26,832 bases of DNA from a virus (taxonomy: Duplodnaviria > Caudoviricetes), in IMG/VR virus record IMGVR_UViG_3300020568_000019, positions 1 to 26,832 of that record; one strand, 5' to 3'. Positions 23,395-26,832 of this stretch are shown piece by piece; the stretch's first letter is position 1, and the number at the start of each line of letters is the position of its first letter. Below the pieces are notes generated by a model. It ran no database searches. It saw only the letters and a program-made list of their open reading frames with translations, and was not told the origin of the DNA. Both the position numbers and the translations under genes were made by a program.

Positions 23395-23833
23395 TTTCAA
23401 TCTCACCGCTTTCAAGCCGTTCGAAAAGGTCGTCTTCTTTGTCTATGTACTGGGTCAGTCCAGTCGGGTCGCCTGAATCAAATCGCGCCAACTGCAAAGC
23501 CAACTCCACAAACCCATCCTCAAGGTCTATTTTCTCCGGCAACTCATTGACGAACGAGCACATCCTTTGGAATGTCTCTTGCTGATACACCCCAGATGGG
23601 CTTTCTTTATCGTGAATCTTTCTCTCTCCGTATTTGCGCAGATTCTCTTTCCACAGCAATAATCCGACGTTGGTCAGATTCTGCACGATTTGCTCGTACC
23701 GCTGCAGTCGTTGAATCGCATCCTCAACTACGTACAACGGGACATCAACTGTGTAGTCCCCCATCGTCCATTTGTCTGGATTTTTCGTCCAGCAGTCCAA
23801 TGTTTGCTGTAGGTCATCTTCGCATCCGTACAT
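23387..23833 (-). CDS. Hypothetical protein (148 aa)
   Basis: Tightly coupled ORF (TGATG overlap) with a GAAGGA RBS. Confidence 0.7.
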   Translation of the reverse strand: MYGCEDDLQQTLDCWTKNPDKWTMGDYTVDVPLYVVEDAIQRLQRYEQIVQNLTNVGLLLWKENLRKYGERKIHDKESPSGVYQQETFQRMCSFVNELPEKIDLEDGFVELALQLARFDSGDPTGLTQYIDKEDDLFERLESGEIENG

Positions 23834-24039
23834 CAGAGATAATCCTTCTTTCTGTCCTCTTCTTCCATTGCTTCCTGAATAAGTTGAACTGCCTTTTTCA
23901 GACTCAATTGTCTATTGTCCAATGGCCGAGATACGTTGCTCCACCCAACGGTGAGTTCCGTTTCCATCTGGGCCAGAAGTTCGTCCCGGTGGTCGTACAA
24001 AGGCAACCGCGAATTTTTTTTATTCATAGTTGTATACAT
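23833..24039 (-). CDS. Hypothetical protein (64-68 aa)
   Basis: AGGAG upstream. The start is either 24039 or 24027. Confidence 0.65.
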   Translation of the reverse strand: MYTTMNKKNSRLPLYDHRDELLAQMETELTVGWSNVSRPLDNRQLSLKKAVQLIQEAMEEEDRKKDYL

Positions 24040-24171
24040 CTCCTATTCGTCCCTATTCCTGTATTTCCCCGCCCAGCCCCTCGGTATTCCATTTCAGCCC
24101 CATTGCAAAATTCCATAACGACACAGTAGCAAAACATCATCGCAACAGTGCTCCGTCACATTATCACACTC

Positions 24172-24180
24172 TGTTACACT
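24172..24180 (+). promoter_or_regulatory. Extended -10 promoter for whiB
   Basis: TGtTACACT 11 nt upstream of ATG 24192, with no RBS (short leader or leaderless). A divergent TGaTAATGT lies on the minus strand just upstream. Confidence 0.5.
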
Positions 24181-24191
24181 ATCGCACACTT

Positions 24192-24500
24192 ATGCCGTAC
24201 TATAACGACTGGGACTTGGACTTCCCGTCATTTGGGCTCAAGATAAATCGTCCAAAGTGGATGAGAGATAGAAACTGTCTTGATGAACCGGTAGAAACGT
24301 TTTACCCAGCACCTGGGGATGTAGAAAAACTCCGGAGAGCAAAAGGCATCTGCAAAGAATGTACGGTGCGAATGGATTGCTTGAACTTCGCCTTGGATAC
24401 CAACGAACGATTCGGCATCTGGGGTGGCAAGAGCGCACGAGAGCGAAGCCTCATCCTTCGAGCACAACGCCTGTTGGCGCGCCCTACAGAAGAGAACTAA
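24192..24500 (+). CDS. whiB: WhiB-family Fe-S transcriptional regulator
   Basis: W....C......FY.......AK.ICKEC.VR.DCL.FAL...E.FGIWGG.S.RER. Probable start at 24192 rather than 24030. Confidence 0.95.
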   Translation: MPYYNDWDLDFPSFGLKINRPKWMRDRNCLDEPVETFYPAPGDVEKLRRAKGICKECTVRMDCLNFALDTNERFGIWGGKSARERSLILRAQRLLARPTEEN

Positions 24501-24691
24501 GCAATCTTGCGATACGCCTCAATCGCGTCTGCAACGATGTCAACATCCTGATACGACACACCACGTCGGTTCTTTTCTAGAACCAGTGCTCGGTACAGTT
24601 TGTCTGCAACGTACTGCCACTCTTGACACTCAGTCTCAGCGGCGTCAGCGCGATAGAGGAGCAGTTGTACTTCCCTATCTTCCATGTTCAT
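24497..24691 (-). CDS. Hypothetical protein (64 aa)
   Basis: Minus-strand ORF converging on whiB with overlapping stops. Confidence 0.6.
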   Translation of the reverse strand: MNMEDREVQLLLYRADAAETECQEWQYVADKLYRALVLEKNRRGVSYQDVDIVADAIEAYRKIA

Positions 24692-24721
24692 GGCCAGACC
24701 TTATGTGGTGTGGCCGGATAG

Positions 24722-25033
24722 TTAGTGCGTTCGCTGTTTGTGCTGTTCACACAGCGTTTTGTGCCAGCCATTCCTAGCGATTGCTTCACCCTTTTCGCCA
24801 CACACTTCACACGTCCACATCGACTTCAATTCATAACGATTAGCAATCATGTGCATCTGGTGGAAGTTTGGGTCTTCAAACTTGATGTTGGTGTCAAAGT
24901 AGTAACGGAGTTGTCCGAACTTCTCTTTGATTTGTGTCGGGGTGTAGTTGGGGTCAATTGCCAGCAGTTCTTGATGGCACGCTTCAACTAAGTGACGCCA
25001 TCCTTCACCACATTCCATTTTCAGTTCAGTCAT
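24722..25033 (-). CDS. Conserved phage protein with Zn-finger-like motif
   Basis: CGEGW..LV...Q.KEKFG.LRYY...CEVCG..G.....GW..TLC..H. AGGA RBS. Confidence 0.8.
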   Translation of the reverse strand: MTELKMECGEGWRHLVEACHQELLAIDPNYTPTQIKEKFGQLRYYFDTNIKFEDPNFHQMHMIANRYELKSMWTCEVCGEKGEAIARNGWHKTLCEQHKQRTH

Positions 25034-25050
25034 TTCGTCATCCTATCCGG

Positions 25051-25123
25051 AGCCCGAGGTGGGAGTCGAACCCACTATCTCCTCATTACAAGTGAGGTGC
25101 ATAGCCAAATATGCTTCACGGGC
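25051..25123 (-). tRNA. tRNA-Thr (anticodon UGU)
   Basis: GCCCGTG AA GCAT ATTTGGCT ATGC A CCTCA CTTGTAA TGAGG AGATA GTGGG TTCGACT CCCAC CTCGGGC T forms a full cloverleaf, anticodon at 25090-25088. It is followed by CCG rather than CCA. Confidence 0.88.
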
Positions 25124-25131
25124 CTATTGCG

Positions 25132-25482
25132 CTAGTTGGACTGATTTTGTTTGTCCTGTTCCCACTTTTTTTGATGGGAAATGTGCTTGATTTGACTGTC
25201 TTCGTCGGCTCGCGAGCGCCAATCATCTTCGTCGTCGTAGAACGTCCATGCCTCAAAATGCATAGCCTCTAAAGAGACAATCGTTGATTGAGTCATTGCT
25301 CCGGTTGCCCAAGAGAACCAAGCCACTTCATACAGTGGTGATTTATCTTTATCTTCTTTGGTCAGTTGGGCGTTTATGTATCCCTGTTTTTCAAGCGGGG
25401 TGTACGTCGGGAATCCTTCAACACTTCCTTTTTCGCCTGGGACATGAATGAACTTGCCCACCAGTGTTGATTTCTTTGCCAT
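25132..25482 (-). CDS. Hypothetical protein (116 aa)
   Basis: Start MAKKS at 25482 with an AAAGGAAA RBS. The longer 25602 start runs through the structured region. Confidence 0.7.
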   Translation of the reverse strand: MAKKSTLVGKFIHVPGEKGSVEGFPTYTPLEKQGYINAQLTKEDKDKSPLYEVAWFSWATGAMTQSTIVSLEAMHFEAWTFYDDEDDWRSRADEDSQIKHISHQKKWEQDKQNQSN

Positions 25483-25502
25483 GTGTGTGTTTCCTTTTGT
25501 AA

Positions 25503-25731
25503 GTGGCATACGGGGCGGTGGCACCGGTATGCCAGCGGTGGAAAGGTCGCGAAATGATAAGCGACGCACCGTCCCGTCATTGAGTGTAGCGAGCATGCAC
25601 ACATCAGTCGTGCATTTGGGGTGGCAGACTTATGGGCCAACCCACTGGTCTGCCAGCAGTGGTAAGGAGGACAGATGCGATGTAGGAATACAGAACTACA
25701 AGCACCCACCGCGGGCTTTGATGTCATGATA
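25503..25731 (-). ncRNA. Candidate tandem structured small RNAs or structured leader (two related units)
   Basis: Two units, each CGGTG..inner stem..CCTTwCCACyGC-TGGCAkAC..GTmTGCCAC. There is a compensatory GAC/GTC vs TAC/GTA change, G-U pairs favour the minus strand, and a TAnnnT box precedes each unit. Confidence 0.5.
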
Positions 25732-25813
25732 GCGGGAGTCAATGCAGGATTAGGACACCTATACAGCATAATTTAGGTTACAAACTTGAGGAGAACTTGG
25801 CGCGCGGCCCACT

Positions 25814-25893
25814 CGACCACTCTGCGTGGTCGGAGAGGGGGGGGGGATTTCTCCTATTTCTCCTATTTCGTCGGATGCCCGAGGTTATCCACA
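25814..25893. other. Signal cluster: hairpin, G10 run, 9-bp tandem repeat, DnaA box (candidate terminus/packaging region)
   Basis: CGACCAC-TCTGC-GTGGTCG (25814-25832), G10 (25837-25846), ATTTCTCCT x2.5 (25847-25869), TTATCCACA (25885-25893). Non-coding, upstream of the terS-containing block, at the composition boundary. Confidence 0.45.
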
Positions 25894-25990
25894 GGCTGCC
25901 GCCGACCTAGTGCGATTGTGCGCGCTTGTGCGCGATTTCGTGAGCGGCGATAGGACGCGTTCTAAGCGGTCAGAATCGGGCGAGGGTACT

Positions 25991-26125
25991 GAGACACGGG
26001 GCAAGGCTCTACGCGCGCTCTAATGCGCTCCTATTGCGTGTGGCGTGTTCGGCTCAGACACGGCGAGACAGACACGGCGAGCGCGAGAGAGTGAGAGAGT
26101 CGCGCGAGACAGACACGGCGCGAGC
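25991..26125. repeat. Short direct repeats AGACACGG(CG) and GA-rich repeats
   Basis: AGACACGG at about 25992, 26056, 26070 and 26111. GCGAGACAGACACGGCG occurs twice, as does GAGAGAGT. Confidence 0.6.
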
Positions 26126-26143
26126 GTGTGGGCAGATACGCGA

Positions 26144-26180
26144 ACGGCGCGCCACTCTCACTGCGAGAGTGGCGCGCCGT
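26144..26180 (-). terminator. Perfect 16-bp hairpin, probable terminator
   Basis: ACGGCGCGCCACTCTC-ACTGC-GAGAGTGGCGCGCCGT, 18 nt downstream of the stop at 26199. Confidence 0.7.
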
Positions 26181-26198
26181 GTTGCGCGTCGCGTGTGA

Positions 26199-26832
26199 TT
26201 ACTTGCGAGCGTTCGCGCGTTCTGCCATTTCGTAGGCAGCGCGTCGCGTTATCTCATCGTCAAGGCTCACTCCCTCACCGTTGTAGAACGCGTCGGCGTA
26301 GGCAGCCTCGCTATTGCCTGCCCATACCCATACGCGCAACTCTTCGCGCGTCGCGTCCGCGAATGTCGGCGAGATAAGCGCGCGAATGAGCGCGCATAGG
26401 TTCGCGTTCTCACTCTCTAACGCGTCGCGCTCAACCTTAGTAATGTCGTACGACGCTGCCATACGCTCGCCACTTGTCGCCAACTCGCGCGTCATACGGT
26501 CACACTCGCGCTGCGCGTTTCGCATCTCGCGTAGTGCTAGGTCGCGGTCATCTAGCGCGTCGTTGCGTCGCGCGATGTTGCGCGCGTTCTGCTCTTCGTA
26601 GCGCGTCGTCATTTGGTCGCAGTACTTGTGCCACTCTTCGCGCGCTGCGTCGTGTTTCGCGACGATACGCGCCACGCTTGCGCGGTGAGCCTTAGCGTAC
26701 GCGGTTATCGCTGCGTCACTTGTGGCAGCGAATGTCACGAACGCGACGAACGCGCACACGGCGACGGATACGACGGCGACGGCTGCGCGGTTATCGTCGA
26801 ACGCGACAAGTAGCGCGAGCGCGACGGCTGCG
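26199..26832 (-). CDS. Membrane-anchored coiled-coil protein (5' end outside window)
   Basis: The frame stays open to the edge (...AAVALALLVAFDDNRAAVAVVSVAVCAFVAFVTFA...). Two hydrophobic segments precede a long heptad region, and a hairpin follows the stop. Confidence 0.7.
   Translation of the reverse strand, partial: AAVALALLVAFDDNRAAVAVVSVAVCAFVAFVTFAATSDAAITAYAKAHRASVARIVAKHDAAREEWHKYCDQMTTRYEEQNARNIARRNDALDDRDLALREMRNAQRECDRMTRELATSGERMAASYDITKVERDALESENANLCALIRALISPTFADATREELRVWVWAGNSEAAYADAFYNGEGVSLDDEITRRAAYEMAERANARK

Noticed and set aside
24024-24140. Possible 37-38-aa minus-strand ORF (MFCYCVVMEF...RRCIQL) ending in ATGA at 24027
   Set aside because: It has no RBS and unremarkable composition, and it sits in a divergent promoter region. 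It cannot be supported without conservation data.
24030-24191. N-terminal extension of WhiB
   Set aside because: It is low-complexity and un-WhiB-like, and an extended -10 box sits just before ATG 24192.
25048-25075. tRNA 3' end as a prophage att site
   Set aside because: There is no integrase or duplicated tRNA fragment in the window, and phage-like genes continue on both sides.
25503-25731. Known riboswitch (e.g. cobalamin, given nrdJ) or CRISPR mini-array
   Set aside because: I see no B12-box or other aptamer consensus I recognise. There are only two diverged units and no identical repeats with spacers.
25374-25769. 131-aa minus-strand ORF and other ORFs across the structured region
   Set aside because: They have no RBS or protein-like motifs and overlap the 116-aa gene. 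The paired stems explain the sequence better.
25885-25893. Replication origin called from the DnaA box
   Set aside because: It is a single box with no cluster or AT-rich unwinding element, so it is kept only as part of the signal cluster.

Overview
This is a 26.8-kb segment of a tailed dsDNA phage genome with HK97-type head genes. The host is almost certainly actinobacterial: the window has a WhiB gene, an actinobacterial-type SSB, leaderless-style starts and Thr/Pro-rich surface-protein tails, and Acidimicrobiia is a tentative guess. Nearly all genes are on the minus strand. Reading right to left: a compositionally distinct membrane/coiled-coil gene, a putative terminus or packaging region, a structured non-coding region, tRNA-Thr(UGU), small regulators including plus-strand whiB, terS, terL, HNH, a lytic transglycosylase, a small membrane/lipoprotein cluster, a glycosyltransferase-methyltransferase-epimerase cassette, a secreted S8 protease, plus-strand class II RNR, MazG-like, exonuclease, DUF1599-like, SSB, a portal-MuF fusion, a 752-aa multi-module prohead protease, a 488-aa acidic partner, an HTH/metallophosphoesterase block, and the start of the major capsid gene. 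Three signals stand out. (1) The prohead protease and its neighbour look like Lys-punctuated polyproteins carrying cargo modules: a HiPIP-like 4-Cys module, Tudor-like domains and a domain duplicated across the two genes. (2) Two tandem, covarying structured RNA units with exposed anti-Shine-Dalgarno-like loops lie at about 25503-25731. (3) The sequence switches abruptly to a restriction-site-purged vocabulary right of about 25860, on top of an apparent window-wide absence of GATC and AGCT. All calls are from reading motifs by eye, and no database search was run.
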